A stretch of DNA of 64,000 bases from Okamejei kenojei (Eukaryota), in the NCBI GenBank assembly GCA_035221665.1, contig CM069142.1, positions 30,070,001 to 30,134,000 on the forward strand, written 5' to 3'. This document shows positions 63,336 through 64,000 of the stretch, piece by piece. Below the pieces are notes generated by a model. It had not been told where the DNA came from, did no database searches, and saw only the letters and a program-made list of their open reading frames with translations. Position 1 is the first letter of the stretch. Every line of letters begins with the position of its first letter. A program made the translations under genes and the position numbers.

Positions 63336-63428
63336 ACTGGCCAGCAATATTGGAATTGATGGAGAAGTGGAATATTGTGTTGGGGGACCAGCCCTCCCGT
63401 GTGAAGCTGGGACCCCCACTTAGTCTAG
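62058..63428 (+). mobile_element. Non-autonomous Helitron-like element
   Basis: A|TCTATATAATTAAAAGTCTCATCTT start and ..CCCACTTAGTCTAG|T end; nested CR1 fragment at 62084-62260; 37-bp minisatellite at 62697-62797; contains a gap. Confidence 0.65.
62944..63125. other. Assembly gap
   Basis: Run of N. Confidence 1.
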
Positions 63429-63723
63429 TTGTTAAATTATAAGGTAGGGTGGGAGGCTGTTTCTGATAGGGTTAAACTGGAGACTGTTGAAATCTGATCA
63501 CTTTCTCCAGATCAAAGGTACAGTCATTTGAAGTGCCCAAGGTCTGCCTGCCCTTTGTAAGATATGTGGAACAGCATTCTTTCATGGCTCTTTATATTCG
63601 TATTCCACTCCCTCTTGCTCTCTCAACGAGTGTTATGTCTCTGACAGTCTTGTTCAACTTCTGCTATGTTATTTTTCTGAGATTCATAGAGTCATACAGA
63701 CTGAAACAGACACTTCAGCCCAA

Positions 63724-63848
63724 CTGAAGAAGGGTTTCGGCCCGAAACGTTACCTATCTCCTTCGCTCCATAGATGCTGCTGCATCCGCTGAGTTTCTCC
63801 AGCATTTTGTGTACCCTCGATTTTCCAGCATCTGCAGTTCCTTCTTTA
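63724..63848 (+). mobile_element. Penelope-like pseudo-LTR with hammerhead core, 15-bp direct repeat, nested in a CR1 tail
   Basis: CTGAAGA-A-GGGT-TTCG-GCCC-GAAA-CG-TTA; acacttcagcccaac at 63710-63724 and 63849-63863. Confidence 0.8.
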
Positions 63849-64000
63849 ACACTTCAGCCCAACCTGCCCATGTTGACCAAGATGTCGCTTCTACGCTAGT
63901 CCCATTTGCCTGCTTTTGGTCTTTTAAATGTTGTTATAGTACCTTCCTCAACTACCTATCTCGTAGCTCATAGCATATACCCACCACACTGAGTGAAAAA

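Overview
Vertebrate genomic DNA, almost certainly from a cartilaginous fish (skate/ray-like), judged from the HE1/V-SINE, CR1, Rex1, Penelope and Deu-SINE repeat content. The window holds the last six coding exons of ornithine transcarbamylase (OTC exons 5-10, + strand, 1850-16927, exon lengths matching human OTC). About 4.6 kb downstream lie a CpG-island promoter and the first coding exon of TSPAN7 (21526-21606, +). The remaining ~42 kb appears to be TSPAN7 intron 1, with three assembly gaps. The most interesting non-genic signals are: (1) roughly 30 short Penelope-like pseudo-LTR copies carrying a minimal hammerhead-ribozyme core, often as fold-back pairs flanked by direct repeats, with one copy still attached to a GIY-YIG coding remnant; (2) a Crypton-like tyrosine-recombinase transposon relic with a ~155 bp palindrome; (3) two families of GC-rich, tRNA-less non-autonomous retroelements with Rex1-like tails, one with a covarying hairpin; (4) a Helitron-like element with both termini. 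Repeat boundaries are approximate and family names come from recalled consensus patterns, not database searches.
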